Shown piece by piece: positions 37,951 to 48,171 of a stretch of DNA of 64,000 nt. The notes under the pieces were generated by a model. The model was not told the DNA's origin. It worked only from the letters and a program-made list of their open reading frames with translations, and made no database searches. The number at the start of each line of letters is the position of its first letter. Position 1 is the first letter of the stretch. Source of the DNA: an uncultured Gammaproteobacteria bacterium (GTDB lineage: Bacteria; Pseudomonadota; Gammaproteobacteria; JAKDMP01); contig CAZPJI010000002.1 of the NCBI GenBank assembly GCA_964586925.1, positions 64,039-128,038 of the forward strand. The letters run 5' to 3'. The translations under genes were made by a program, and so were the position numbers.

Positions 37951-38586
37951 TCAGCCCTCGCCGAGGATCGTGGCCACGAACTCCGGCAAGCCGGGCCGTG
38001 TGCGCGCTACGCCCCGCCCCTGGCCATTCAGAACCGCGCCCAATTCCTCTACGGCACGCTCGAACCGGTCATTAATGATGACGTAGTCGTATTCGTTCCA
38101 GTGCGCCATTTCCGCCGTGGCGACGGCCATCCGCTGATCGATGATGGCCTCGCTGTCCGTGCCGCGCTCAGTGAGGCGGGCACGCAGGCACTCGCGCGAA
38201 GGCGGGAGTATGAAGACGGAGACGGCCTCGGGCATGCGCTCGCGCACCTGGCGCGCGCCCTGCCAGTCGATTTCCAGCACGACCTTGCGCCCATGGGCGA
38301 GCTGGTTGCGAACATCTTCAATAGCCGTGCCGTAGCCATTGCCATACACCTCGGCCGATTCCAGAAACGCATCCGCCTCGCGCATGGCTTTAAAGCGCGC
38401 CTGATCGATGAAATGATAATCGCGCCCATCGACTTCCCCGGGCCGGGGATCACGAGTCGTGTACGAGACGGAGAAGGTCACGGATTCATCGCGCGCCATC
38501 AGCGCCTTGAGCAGCGAAGTCTTGCCCGCGCCCGAGGGTGCCGAAACGATGAACAGCCTGCCCGGGCCAGCTGCGGTTTCATTCAA
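37951..38586 (-). CDS. gmk: Guanylate kinase
   Basis: P-loop GPSGAGKTSL and guanylate kinase signature TTRDPRPGEVDGRDYHF. Confidence 0.9.
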   Translation of the reverse strand: MNETAAGPGRLFIVSAPSGAGKTSLLKALMARDESVTFSVSYTTRDPRPGEVDGRDYHFIDQARFKAMREADAFLESAEVYGNGYGTAIEDVRNQLAHGRKVVLEIDWQGARQVRERMPEAVSVFILPPSRECLRARLTERGTDSEAIIDQRMAVATAEMAHWNEYDYVIINDRFERAVEELGAVLNGQGRGVARTRPGLPEFVATILGEG

Positions 38587-39442
38587 TGTTCTGCACCTGC
38601 TCGCGCATTTCCTCGATCAGCACCCGGCAGTCGAGCGCCCTGCGATTGATTTCCAGATCGCTGGCCTTGGACGCCAGCGTACCCGCTTCGCGCCCCAGTT
38701 CCTGCATGAGGAAATCCAGGCGGCGCCCGACGGGCCGTTTTTCCCCGATCAGACGCCGGACCTCCTTGACGTGAGCGGCCAGCCGGTCGAGCTCCTCGTC
38801 CACATCCTGGCGCACCACCAGCATCGCAGCCTCCTGCGCAATCCGGGCCGCGTCCACTTCAGCCCCGAGGGCTGCCAGCCGATCGGCAAGCCGCTCACTC
38901 AACCGCGTCTGGGCCTTGGGCAAATGCCCCCGAATCTCGCCGACTGCGGCCTCGATCCGATCGAGCCGCTCGGTCAACGCGGACGCAAGCGCTTTGCCTT
39001 CTCGTTCGCGTGCTGCGATCAAGGCCCGGGTCGCCTCTTCCACTAAAGCAATCACGAGCGGCTGCAGAGTATCTACTTCGACCGGCGACGGTTCGGCCAC
39101 GCCCGGCCAAGCCAGCAACCTCAGCGCGTCGCCGGCAACGGGGATATCGGCTCCACTGCCCGCCGCCAACTTCCGCGCCGCCTCCACCAATTCACGGGCC
39201 AGGGCCTCGTTGACCTGCAACCCCGCCCCCTCCGATACACGCCAGCGCAGCAGGGCCTCGACCCGGCCCCGGGCGAGAGCGGCGCGGAGCTGCTCGCGCA
39301 TGGGATTTTCCAATGCCCGCAAGCGATCCGGAAGATTGATCTTGAGATCGAGATAACGGTGATTGACTGCACGCAGCTCAAGTACGAATTCACCCATCTC
39401 GCCTTCCTGGCGAGCGGAGGCAAAACCGGTCATGCTGCGCAT
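38579..39442 (-). CDS. yicC: YicC family stress-induced protein
   Basis: 287 aa. The N-terminus MTGFASARQEGEMGEFVLELRAVNHRYLDL and C-terminal DINEEL-like region (DVDEELDRLAAH) match YicC_N/DUF1732. It lies upstream of gmk as in many gamma-proteobacteria. Confidence 0.85.
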   Translation of the reverse strand: MRSMTGFASARQEGEMGEFVLELRAVNHRYLDLKINLPDRLRALENPMREQLRAALARGRVEALLRWRVSEGAGLQVNEALARELVEAARKLAAGSGADIPVAGDALRLLAWPGVAEPSPVEVDTLQPLVIALVEEATRALIAAREREGKALASALTERLDRIEAAVGEIRGHLPKAQTRLSERLADRLAALGAEVDAARIAQEAAMLVVRQDVDEELDRLAAHVKEVRRLIGEKRPVGRRLDFLMQELGREAGTLASKASDLEINRRALDCRVLIEEMREQVQNIE

Positions 39443-39528
39443 CGTCGTGCTACCTGAACACCAAAGCGGGCATGTTACGCTAAGCCACCTCCGAGCGAAA
39501 CCGCCGGGCCGCTACGTATACACACGCG

Positions 39529-40269
39529 ATGGATCTAGACAGCGCCCAGATCAGCCTAATAGGACACCGGCAAGATAATCAGGATCGGGCCGAGGTCCTG
39601 TTCGGCGATGACAGCCAGCTGGCCATTGTTGCCGATGGAATGGGCGGTCATGCCCGGGGCGATCTTGCGGCGGAAACGGCTGTCGCTTCACTGATCAACA
39701 GTTTTCGCGCTTTGCGGCAAAACCCGCTGCCTTCCGACGAGTTCTTCAAACGTGCCATTAGTGCGGCCCATGAAGACGTGCTCGCGCTCGGCGCCGGCAT
39801 GCGCCCGGAGATCCGGCCCGGCACCATCATCGTCAGCGCGCTGATCAACGGCAACGAACTGCGCTGGGCCCACATCGGCGACAGCCGCGCCTATCTTTTG
39901 CGTGACGAGCGGGTCATTGCACGGACGCAGGATCAGTCCATGGTGGGTTCCCTGCTCGCTGCCGGGGAAATCACCCAGGCGCAAGCCTTGATCCACCCCG
40001 AGCGCCACATGGTCCAGTATTGCCTGGGCGTCGACGAAGAAACACCGCCCATCCCCATCAGCGACGCCATAAAGCTGAAGAAGGGCGACATCGTGCTGCT
40101 ATGCACGGACGGCCTTTGGAGCCAGCTCGGCGAAGCCTACATCATGGAAAAACTGAGTAATGCAGATGACCTGCAGACTGCGCTGCAGATTCTCGCCGAG
40201 GACGCCGTGCGCGGCGGTTATCCGCAAAGCGACAATGTCACCGCAGTAGCCCTGCGAGTCGTGGACTGA
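39529..40269 (+). CDS. PP2C-family serine/threonine protein phosphatase (no cognate kinase in the window)
   Basis: DGMGGH metal-binding motif, GDSRAYL, and CTDGLW, the PP2C catalytic signatures. Confidence 0.85.
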   Translation: MDLDSAQISLIGHRQDNQDRAEVLFGDDSQLAIVADGMGGHARGDLAAETAVASLINSFRALRQNPLPSDEFFKRAISAAHEDVLALGAGMRPEIRPGTIIVSALINGNELRWAHIGDSRAYLLRDERVIARTQDQSMVGSLLAAGEITQAQALIHPERHMVQYCLGVDEETPPIPISDAIKLKKGDIVLLCTDGLWSQLGEAYIMEKLSNADDLQTALQILAEDAVRGGYPQSDNVTAVALRVVD

Positions 40270-40277
40270 GAGGATTC

Positions 40278-40997
40278 ATGCGACCCGACCAACGCCAGAC
40301 CGACGAACTCCGCCCCATAACCATCGCCCGCGACGTCAACCGCCATGCGGAAGGCTCCGCCATGATTACCTGCGGTGGAACACGCGTGCTGTGCACCGCC
40401 TCGGTCGAAGAGCGGATCCCGCCCTTTCTGCGCGGCAGCAAGCGTGGCTGGGTTACGGCGCAGTACGGGATGCTGCCGCGTGCCACCCACACCCGCGGCG
40501 AGCGCGAAGCAGCACGTGGGCGTCAAGGCGGCAGAACTCAGGAAATACAACGCTTGATCGGCCGCGCCTTGCGCACTACCGTCGATTTCGACGGCTTGGG
40601 CGAGCGCACGATCACGCTCGATTGCGACGTCCTCGAAGCCGACGGAGGCACCCGCACTGCCAGCATCACCGGCGCCTGGGTGGCGCTCGCCGATGCCGGC
40701 GCCTGGCTGGTTGAACAGGGGCTCTGCGCCACCAACCCGATCACCGCCCAGGTCGCTGCCGTATCGGTAGGCATCTGGCAAGGGGAGCCGATCCTGGATC
40801 TGGCTTATACCGAAGACAGCGAAGCCGACGTGGACTGCAATATCGTTATGAACGACGCCGGCCACTTCATCGAAATACAGGGCACGGCCGAAGGCGCCAC
40901 CTTCGACGAAGGAGAACTGAACAGCATGCTCTCGTTGGCCAGGGCCGGTATCAGCACCTTGCTCGACAAGCAACGCGACAGCCGCAAAGACAAATAA
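40278..40997 (+). CDS. rph: Ribonuclease PH
   Basis: 239 aa. [42 protein letters not shown] and [28 protein letters not shown] are RNase PH motifs. Confidence 0.92.
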   Translation: MRPDQRQTDELRPITIARDVNRHAEGSAMITCGGTRVLCTASVEERIPPFLRGSKRGWVTAQYGMLPRATHTRGEREAARGRQGGRTQEIQRLIGRALRTTVDFDGLGERTITLDCDVLEADGGTRTASITGAWVALADAGAWLVEQGLCATNPITAQVAAVSVGIWQGEPILDLAYTEDSEADVDCNIVMNDAGHFIEIQGTAEGATFDEGELNSMLSLARAGISTLLDKQRDSRKDK

Positions 40998-41596
40998 TGA
41001 GCAGGCGCGTTGTCATTGCCACGGGCAACCGGGGGAAACTGGCCGAACTGCTGCGACTCCTCGACCCCTTGGGACTGGAGCCCGTGACACAGTCTGAATT
41101 CGGCCTGGACGGCGTCGACGAAGAGGCCCCCACCTTCATCGAAAATGCACTGGCCAAAGCCCGCGAGGCTTCCCGAGTGTCCGGCCTGCCCGCGATTGCC
41201 GACGACTCCGGCCTCGAGGTCGACGCCCTCAATGGTGAACCAGGTGTGCACTCCGCACGCTATGCGGGAAAACACGGCGACGATGCCGCTAACAACCGCA
41301 AGCTGCTGGCCGAACTGCAGGCCTGCACAGGCGCTTCGCGCAGCGCCAACTTCCGGTGCGTTGCGGTGTACCTGCGCCACCCGGAAGATCCGGCGCCACT
41401 GATCGGTCAAGGCGTCTGGCATGGTGAAATCGCTACGGCGCTATGCGGCACCGGAGGGTTCGGCTACGATCCGCTGTTTCTGTTGCCTGATCGTGGTCTC
41501 ACCGCCGCAGAACTCGGTCCGGAACTCAAGAACCGTCTCAGCCATCGCGGAAAGGCCCTGGAATCACTGATCCGGCAAATCGCCCAAAAACAATAA
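40997..41596 (+). CDS. rdgB: dITP/XTP pyrophosphatase RdgB (Ham1 family)
   Basis: VIATGNRGKLAE, DDSGLEVDALNGEPGVHSARY, and GFGYDPLF motifs. It overlaps rph (ATGA), as in the conserved rph-rdgB pair. Confidence 0.9.
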   Translation: MSRRVVIATGNRGKLAELLRLLDPLGLEPVTQSEFGLDGVDEEAPTFIENALAKAREASRVSGLPAIADDSGLEVDALNGEPGVHSARYAGKHGDDAANNRKLLAELQACTGASRSANFRCVAVYLRHPEDPAPLIGQGVWHGEIATALCGTGGFGYDPLFLLPDRGLTAAELGPELKNRLSHRGKALESLIRQIAQKQ

Positions 41597-41654
41597 AGGC
41601 GTTAAAGACGCATACCGCGGCTGGAATCGGCCGTTGCCCGGCTGACGGCTGGTA

Positions 41655-42209
41655 TCAGCCGCCCCCACCGCTTCTGGCGCGCGGCCGGCCCGGATGCAAC
41701 ATGGAATGCTGGCGAGCATAGAACTTCGAACTGCCCGTCGCCAATGTCTCGCCCTTGGGGCCGAGTAAGGAAACCGTCAGCGTATGCGTGCCGCGGTATA
41801 CGGGTTTCAATAGCACTGACGTGCTGGGCGTGGGCTTGCCCATCATTTTCCCGTCGAGCTCGTATTTCAGCAGCACGTCCGCACCTGGCGGTGGGCTTAC
41901 TTGAACGCTGGCGTGCACTTTGTAATTTACCGGCCAAATCGTGCTGCCCGGTGCGGGCGCAAGCACCTTGACCTCGTAGGCAGGCATGGAAGCCGTCTCG
42001 GACTTGGGTGCGGTCTGCGGCTGTCCGGCCGCCTTGGCCGGCACCTTGAAGGGCAATACCGTAGCCGATCCCAGCTTGACCGCTTTGGCATCCTGGTGGG
42101 GCTGGTCGGAGTAATGCACCACGCCCTGCTTGTCGACCCACCGATAGACGGTCTGCGCCAGGGCGGGCACAGCCAGGAGGACGAGAATCAGATAGGCGGC
42201 TTTTTTCAT
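41655..42209 (-). CDS. DUF4124 domain-containing periplasmic protein
   Basis: Signal peptide MKKAAYLILVLLAVPALA followed by VYRWVDKQGVVHYSDQP, the DUF4124 signature. Confidence 0.7.
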   Translation of the reverse strand: MKKAAYLILVLLAVPALAQTVYRWVDKQGVVHYSDQPHQDAKAVKLGSATVLPFKVPAKAAGQPQTAPKSETASMPAYEVKVLAPAPGSTIWPVNYKVHASVQVSPPPGADVLLKYELDGKMMGKPTPSTSVLLKPVYRGTHTLTVSLLGPKGETLATGSSKFYARQHSMLHPGRPRARSGGGG

Positions 42210-42249
42210 GCAATTAGCCTAGCGCGCACGCCTCTTTGCCGCAAATCCA

Positions 42250-43107
42250 TTAGCGCAATCGTTTAAGGATGCCATCGAGTTGATCGAGGCTGTTGTAATG
42301 GATGACCAGCTTGCCACGGCCTTTGCCGCTTGCCTGAACCGCAACCTTGGTCGCGAGACGCTCGGTCAATTCCCGCTCCAACGATTCCACGTTGGCATCG
42401 CGTCGCGGCTTGGCCGCCTCCACCCGCGGACGCTTGAGACGCCTCACAAGCGCTTCCGCCTCGCGGGCCGACATGCCTCGCGACGCGATCTGGCGCGCAG
42501 CCTCTGCCTGCTGGCGAGCCGACAAGGACAGCAGCGCACGCGCATGGCCCATGGCGAGCTTGCCCTCGCGCACGAGGCGTTTGGCTTCCGGGCACAGTTC
42601 GGTCAGGCGCACCAGGTTCGTGACCGCCGCACGCGAGCGGCCCACGGCATCGGCCGCCTCGGCATGGGTTAACTCGAACTCTTCGGTCAAGCGAATCAGG
42701 GCATCGGCCTCTTCCAGCGGATTGAGGTCTTCGCGCTGGATGTTCTCTATCAGCGCAATGGCCACAGCCGCCTGGTCGGGGATCTCACGAACGACTACCG
42801 GCACTTCGGCCAAACCCGCCAACTGCGAAGCCCGCCAGCGTCGCTCGCCTGCGATGATTTCGTAGCGATCGGTGCCTATCGGGCGAACGATCAGCGGCTG
42901 GACGACCCCTTGCGCCTTGATCGAATCCGCCAGGCTGCGCAGGGCATCCGATTGGATATCCTTACGGGGCTGGTAGCGCCCACGCTCCAGGTGTTCGACC
43001 GGCAGACGGACCAACCTCTCGCCCTTGCGGGGGCCTTCCTGCGCCGTTTCCACCTCGCTCAGCAGGACATCCAGTCCGCGCCCCAGACCCCGCCGTTTGC
43101 TGGTCAC
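42250..43107 (-). CDS. parB: Chromosome partitioning protein ParB (Spo0J)
   Basis: ParB box GERRWRAS, HTH region, and the N-terminal RGLGRGLDVLL motif. Confidence 0.9.
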   Translation of the reverse strand: MTSKRRGLGRGLDVLLSEVETAQEGPRKGERLVRLPVEHLERGRYQPRKDIQSDALRSLADSIKAQGVVQPLIVRPIGTDRYEIIAGERRWRASQLAGLAEVPVVVREIPDQAAVAIALIENIQREDLNPLEEADALIRLTEEFELTHAEAADAVGRSRAAVTNLVRLTELCPEAKRLVREGKLAMGHARALLSLSARQQAEAARQIASRGMSAREAEALVRRLKRPRVEAAKPRRDANVESLERELTERLATKVAVQASGKGRGKLVIHYNSLDQLDGILKRLR

Positions 43108-43165
43108 TTCAACCTTGCCTCATCTCGATCGTGTCGGGATTTTACCAGTGCTGCACTCTTCGCGT

Positions 43166-43972
43166 TCACGAAGCGGCCGCCTCGGGCTCCATTGCCTTCT
43201 CGCGGCGAATCACCTCCCCTGCCAGCGCCAGATAGGCGAGCGAGCCGCGCGATGCACGATCGTAAGTCAAGACCGGCGTGCCATGGCTGGGCGCCTCGGC
43301 CAGGCGCACGTTGCGAGGAATGACGGTTCGATACACCCGGTCCTTGAAATGCATGATGAGCTGGCCCGATACGTCACTGGTCAGATTGCTGCGCGGATCA
43401 TACAGCGTACGCAGAATGCCTTCGACCTTCAAACGCGGATTGACCGTTTCGCGGATACGTCGAATCGTCTCAGTGAGCGACGACAAACCCTCCAGGGCAA
43501 AGTATTCGCACTGCATCGGGATCAGTACACCGTTGGCCGCACTCAGGGCGTTCACCGTCAGCAGGTTCAGAGCCGGCGGGCAATCGATAAAGATGTAATC
43601 GTACTTGTCGGCAATCGGCTCCAGCGCCTTTTTCAGCCGGTGTTCGCGCCCGAATTCGGTAACCAGCCGCACTTCGGCTGTGGTCAGGTCACCGCTCGTC
43701 GGCGCGATATCGAAACTGGCCTGGTCGAAATCCAGGCGCTGGATCACCTCAGCCAGAGGGGCTTCGTCGAGCAAAACGTCGGCCATACTTTTACGCAACT
43801 TGTGCTTGTTAATCCCGCACCCGGTAGTAGCGTTGCTTTGCGGATCCAGATCGATCAACAGGACACGGCGGCGCGTCGCTGCCAGCGAAGCCGCGAGATT
43901 CACGGCCGTGGTGGTCTTGCCCACGCCGCCTTTCTGATTCGCCACCGCAATGATGTGTCCCATGCCGTTCAA
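43166..43972 (-). CDS. parA: Chromosome partitioning ATPase ParA (Soj)
   Basis: Deviant Walker A KGGVGKTTTAVNLA, DLDPQSNAT, ParA family. Confidence 0.92.
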   Translation of the reverse strand: MNGMGHIIAVANQKGGVGKTTTAVNLAASLAATRRRVLLIDLDPQSNATTGCGINKHKLRKSMADVLLDEAPLAEVIQRLDFDQASFDIAPTSGDLTTAEVRLVTEFGREHRLKKALEPIADKYDYIFIDCPPALNLLTVNALSAANGVLIPMQCEYFALEGLSSLTETIRRIRETVNPRLKVEGILRTLYDPRSNLTSDVSGQLIMHFKDRVYRTVIPRNVRLAEAPSHGTPVLTYDRASRGSLAYLALAGEVIRREKAMEPEAAAS

Positions 43973-43974
43973 CT

Positions 43975-44637
43975 CTATCCAGTAATCTTGCGCTCAAGCA
44001 CCACGATACAACGCTCGGCCTCTTGTCCCGGCAGATTAACCGGGTTGATTCGCGAACGCCAGCCGTCGCCCAGAGCCGCGCATTCTTCCCGGGCGGTCTC
44101 GAGCCGGCCCTTGAGCGCTACGATCCGCGCGCCCGGTGCCAGAAGCGGGGCCAACCATTTTGCCAGCTGCGGCAGATCCGCCAACGCCCGGGCGGTGACC
44201 GTATCAAAACCGGCCGCGACCGGATATTCCTCGATCCGCCCGGCATGCACGCTTACCCGGTCTCCAAGCCCCAGTGCACGCACGGCATGGGCGAGAAAAC
44301 GGGCCTTTTTGCCCGTCGATTCGGCCAGCACCCACTGCGTGCGAGGCGCCAGTATGGCCAGCACCAGTCCCGGCAAGCCCGCACCGCTACCGGCGTCGAG
44401 CATGCGTGTGCCGTGCAGGAAAGGCAGCGCTGCAGCCGAATCGAGTATATGGCGCCGGACCATCTCGCCCGGATCGCGCACGGCCGTCAGATTGTAGGCC
44501 CGGTTCCACTCGGCCAGCAACGCCAGATAGGCTTTCAGGGAATCGGCGGCCCCGGCCGGTGCCTCGATGCCCTGCGCCCTCAGCCCGGCGGCTATATCTG
44601 CCGCTCGCGGTTCACGGGAAGGATCCGGCACACTCAC
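43975..44637 (-). CDS. rsmG: 16S rRNA (guanine527-N7)-methyltransferase RsmG (GidB)
   Basis: 220 aa, SAM motif LDAGSGAGLPGLVLAI. Sits upstream of parAB in the conserved gidB-parA-parB order. Confidence 0.88.
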   Translation of the reverse strand: MSVPDPSREPRAADIAAGLRAQGIEAPAGAADSLKAYLALLAEWNRAYNLTAVRDPGEMVRRHILDSAAALPFLHGTRMLDAGSGAGLPGLVLAILAPRTQWVLAESTGKKARFLAHAVRALGLGDRVSVHAGRIEEYPVAAGFDTVTARALADLPQLAKWLAPLLAPGARIVALKGRLETAREECAALGDGWRSRINPVNLPGQEAERCIVVLERKITG

Positions 44638-46229
44638 ACGACGGGCGCGAAACTGTCCGCGCGTGCCATCTCCCAGTAGCGCCGATAGGTCTCGTTCGAA
44701 CTGCCTGCGAGCAGCTCCTCCTGATCGAGGTGATCATAGAACTCGGCCGCCGTGCGCACCACATCGGAAGACACCCTGAGGCAAATATGCTGAGGCAATA
44801 GCTCGCCCGGATGATCCAGGCCCACGGCCGCGGTCACCACGCCAAGCGCCTTGACCGTGTTCTCGTGGAACCGCTTTACGTGCAGGGCCTTGTCCTCGAC
44901 AATCAGGGATCGCTGGCGCTGGGGATTCATGGTGGTGATACCGGTCGGGCAACGGCCCGTATGGCATTTCTGCGATTGAATGCACCCGAGCGAGAACATG
45001 AACCCGCGTGCGGAATTGCACCAGTCCGCACCCAGGGCCAGATTCACGGCGATCTTGAATCCGGTCACTGCCTTGCCGCTGGCACCGATGCGGATACGAT
45101 CACGCAATCCCACGCCCACCAGCGTGTTGTGCGCGAACAGCAAGCCTTCCCGTAATGGCGTGCCCAGGCCATCGGAGAGTTCCAGCGGCGCGGCACCGGT
45201 ACCCCCCTCGGCACCGTCAATCACGATGAAATCCGGCAGGATGCTGGTTTCCAGCATTGCCTTGCAGATCGCCATGAATTCCCAGTGATGGCCTATGCAC
45301 AGCTTGAACCCGGAGGGCTTGCCTCCGGACAGGTCACGCAGCTGGGCGACAAACTCGAGCAGCTCGATCGGCGTGGAAAACGCCGAGTGCGCGGACGGCG
45401 ACAAGCAATCCTTGCCCACCGGGACCTTGCGGGTCTCAGCGATTTCCGGCGTCACCTTGGCCGCGGGCAACATGCCGCCATGTCCCGGCTTGGCGCCCTG
45501 CGAGATCTTGATCTCGACCATTTTCACCTGGTCGATCTGGGCCTGATCGCGGAACATGTCGGCATTGAACGTGCCGTCGTCGTTGCGGCAACCGAAGTAG
45601 CCGCTGCCGATTTCCCAGATGAGATCGCCGCCGTATTTGCGGTGATACCGGCTCAAGCCACCTTCACCGGTATCGTGCGCGAAGCCGCCCAGTTTGGCGC
45701 CCTTGTTAAGCGCCATGATGGCGTGCGGCCCGAGGGCGCCGAAACTCATCGCGGAAATGTTGAACACCGAGGCCGAGTACGGATGCTTGCACTGTGGCCC
45801 GCCGATTTCGATACGTGGCATCTCGTCGGCATTTTTCTCCCCCTTGGCCGCGATGGAATGGTTGATCCACTCATACTCGTCCCCGTAGACATCCAGTTCC
45901 GTACCGAACGGTTTGGCGGCGGAAACGCCCTGTGCTCGCTGGTGAATGATCTTGCGCTCGTTATGGTCGAACGGCCGGCCATCGGTGTCGCTCTCGACGA
46001 AATACTGGCGGATCTCCACGCGAACGTATTCCGCCATGAAACGGATATGCGCCAGGATCGGATAATTGCGCAAAACGTTATGTTCGCGCTGCAGCAGGTC
46101 GTATATACCGACCAGCGTAAGCGGCAACGTCACGATCAACCCCCACAGCCAGGGCAGTGCCACGAAGGCCCCGAGTGCTGCGAAGGCAAGCGTTAATCCC
46201 AACATCACGGTAAATACAAAAAAGCGCAT
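44634..46229 (-). CDS. Glutamate synthase (GltB FMN-domain)-related protein, membrane anchored
   Basis: N-terminal TM helices, then a glutamate synthase central-domain-like region with an FMN site (GAEGGTGAAP) and CTGRCPTGITTMNP. It occupies the position usually held by mnmG. Confidence 0.75.
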   Translation of the reverse strand: MRFFVFTVMLGLTLAFAALGAFVALPWLWGLIVTLPLTLVGIYDLLQREHNVLRNYPILAHIRFMAEYVRVEIRQYFVESDTDGRPFDHNERKIIHQRAQGVSAAKPFGTELDVYGDEYEWINHSIAAKGEKNADEMPRIEIGGPQCKHPYSASVFNISAMSFGALGPHAIMALNKGAKLGGFAHDTGEGGLSRYHRKYGGDLIWEIGSGYFGCRNDDGTFNADMFRDQAQIDQVKMVEIKISQGAKPGHGGMLPAAKVTPEIAETRKVPVGKDCLSPSAHSAFSTPIELLEFVAQLRDLSGGKPSGFKLCIGHHWEFMAICKAMLETSILPDFIVIDGAEGGTGAAPLELSDGLGTPLREGLLFAHNTLVGVGLRDRIRIGASGKAVTGFKIAVNLALGADWCNSARGFMFSLGCIQSQKCHTGRCPTGITTMNPQRQRSLIVEDKALHVKRFHENTVKALGVVTAAVGLDHPGELLPQHICLRVSSDVVRTAAEFYDHLDQEELLAGSSNETYRRYWEMARADSFAPVV

Positions 46230-46445
46230 CAGGATGTCTCCTTGTCTGGTCTGGTCGCCCGTTAGCCACCCGCCAACCCTTGGCTTGACCGGGCCTTTTC
46301 TCCCCGTGGGCGGATGGAGGCTCGCTCGCTATCATACCTGCACGCCGTGCCGGAGTATTTCGCCCAAGGTGGCCGCCAGGCCCTGAACCTGTTCTTGCGT
46401 GTTGTGTAAGATGGCCACTCATGTCTACGCCACGCCGATAACCCA

Positions 46446-47762
46446 ATGGCAAATTCAAAGACAGTACGCCAGATCGGCCTAGTCACCGCTACTGCATTGG
46501 TCATCGGCAATATGGTCGGCTCGGGCATCTTCCTGTTGCCCGCCTCACTCGCGCCCTACGGCATTTACAGCCTTTGGGGCTGGCTCTTCAGCACGCTCGG
46601 CGCGTTGCTGCTGGCGTGGGTATTCAGCAGCCTGTCCCGCCGTATGTCCCGGGCCGGCGGGCCGTATGCCTACCCCCGCGAAGCCTTCGGGGACTTCGGC
46701 GGCTTCCTGATCGCCTGGATCTACTGGTTGAGCATCCTCGGGACCAATGCCGCGATCGCCGTCGCCTTCGCCAGCTATCTCGTGCCCTTCTTTCCCGCCC
46801 TGCATGCCTCGCCGCTGCTCGGCGGACTGGTGGCCATCGCTGCCACCTGGTTCCTGACCGCCATCAATATCTGGGGGGTGCATGCCGCGGGCAAAGTCCA
46901 GGTCATCACGGTCATCCTCAAGCTCTCGCCCCTGCTCGCCCTGGCCGCTGCGGGTATCTTCTACTTCGACCCCCACATCCTGACGAGCGGACACAGCACG
47001 GCTTCGCCGGCCGCCTCCATCAACACGGCCGCAGCCTTCACCATGTGGGCATTCCTGGGACTGGAGTGCGCGACGGTACCCGCCGGCCACGTGCGCGATG
47101 CCAAGAAGACGATCCCGCGCGCCACGATGCTGGGCACCGTCATCGCCGCGGTTTTCTACATCGCCAGCACGACCGTGATCATGGGTATCATTCCGAGCAC
47201 GACGCTCGCCCACTCCAACGCCCCGTTTGCCGATGCCGCCAAACTGCTGTGGGGCAACTGGGCCGGTTACCTGATTGCCGGCGCTGCCCTGGTGTCGTGC
47301 TTCGGCGCCCTGAACGGCTGGATCCTCATGCAGGGCCAACTGCCCCAGGCGGTGGCTCGCGACGGCCTGTTCCCGAAAGTACTGTCACGCGAGTCCCGAT
47401 TCGGAACCCCGGTGGTCGCGCTGGTCGTCTCGAGTATTCTGGCAACGCTCCTGATCCTGGCCAACTACAGTGAAGGCCTCGTGGCGATGTTCAACATCCT
47501 GATCCTGCTTACGACGTTCTTCACGCTGGTGCCCTACCTGTTCTGTGCCATGGCGGAAGTAGTGCTTGCGCGCCGTCACGGCCGCGAGGCACGCGCGCCC
47601 TGGCGCAATGTCGTGCTGGCCTCGCTGGCCTTCGCCTTTGCTCTCTGGGCCGCGGCGGGCACGGGCAAGGATTCGATCTACTGGGGTGGCTTGCTGCTAC
47701 TCGCCGGCATCCCGATCTACGTCTGGCAGACTCGCAAGAAGACGGATACCGCCGAAGCCTGA
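46446..47762 (+). CDS. APC-family amino acid permease / antiporter
   Basis: 438 aa, 12 TM helices, N-terminal LVTATALVIGNMVGSGIFLLP APC consensus. Confidence 0.85.
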   Translation: MANSKTVRQIGLVTATALVIGNMVGSGIFLLPASLAPYGIYSLWGWLFSTLGALLLAWVFSSLSRRMSRAGGPYAYPREAFGDFGGFLIAWIYWLSILGTNAAIAVAFASYLVPFFPALHASPLLGGLVAIAATWFLTAINIWGVHAAGKVQVITVILKLSPLLALAAAGIFYFDPHILTSGHSTASPAASINTAAAFTMWAFLGLECATVPAGHVRDAKKTIPRATMLGTVIAAVFYIASTTVIMGIIPSTTLAHSNAPFADAAKLLWGNWAGYLIAGAALVSCFGALNGWILMQGQLPQAVARDGLFPKVLSRESRFGTPVVALVVSSILATLLILANYSEGLVAMFNILILLTTFFTLVPYLFCAMAEVVLARRHGREARAPWRNVVLASLAFAFALWAAAGTGKDSIYWGGLLLLAGIPIYVWQTRKKTDTAEA

Positions 47763-47770
47763 AGCAAGAC

Positions 47771-47800
47771 CTCTCGCAAAGACGCCAAGACGCAAAGACC
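47771..47800. repeat. YCTTTGCG-array repeat, reverse orientation (ctctcgcaaagacgccaagacgcaaagacc), family B
   Basis: The reverse complement reads ggtctttgcg tcttggcg tctttgcg agag, matching arrays at 21234, 27972 and 35291. Confidence 0.55.
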
Positions 47801-47814
47801 AATCGATGCATCCC

Positions 47815-47842
47815 GTGGGAGCGGCGGTCCCCGCCGCGATCC
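47815..47842. repeat. REP-like unit (gtgggagcggcggtccccgccgcgatcc), family A
   Basis: It matches the reverse complement of 48139-48166 with one mismatch over 21 bp. The same family occurs at 27807 and 50781. Confidence 0.65.
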
Positions 47843-48138
47843 ATTGGACTGGATACCGACGTTCCCCGGTATGACGATGATTTTCGATCTCAACATTGAC
47901 TCCTCTGTGCGCCGTTAGTCGCGCCGAGAAGCGCAGCCCGCAACGGGGGAACAGGGAGGCTTTGTTTGAGGCCGGAGCGATATATCGCGCAGGCCGAGTT
48001 CCGACCGGCCCGTTGCGGGCGAGCATCGCAGGGGAGCCCCAAGGCCGCGCCTTGGGGCCGCGACTTCCGGCGCAATGCTTTTGGCTACTTTTGGCGAAAC
48101 AAAAGTAGCCCCGCCGGGAGGGCCAATAAACAATTCCT

Positions 48139-48166
48139 CGCGGCGGGAACCGCCGCTCCTACATCG
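48139..48166. repeat. REP-like unit in inverted orientation (cgcggcgggaaccgccgctcctacatcg), family A, partner of 47815-47842
   Basis: The ~300 bp between the two units also contain a 10-bp-stem hairpin ggctactttt-ggcgaaac-aaaagtagcc at 48083-48110. Confidence 0.65.
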
Positions 48167-48171
48167 GAATC

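Noticed and set aside
46230-46445. Possible riboswitch/leader upstream of the amino-acid permease
   Set aside because: No recognisable conserved riboswitch core (e.g. L-box, glycine) could be identified by eye.
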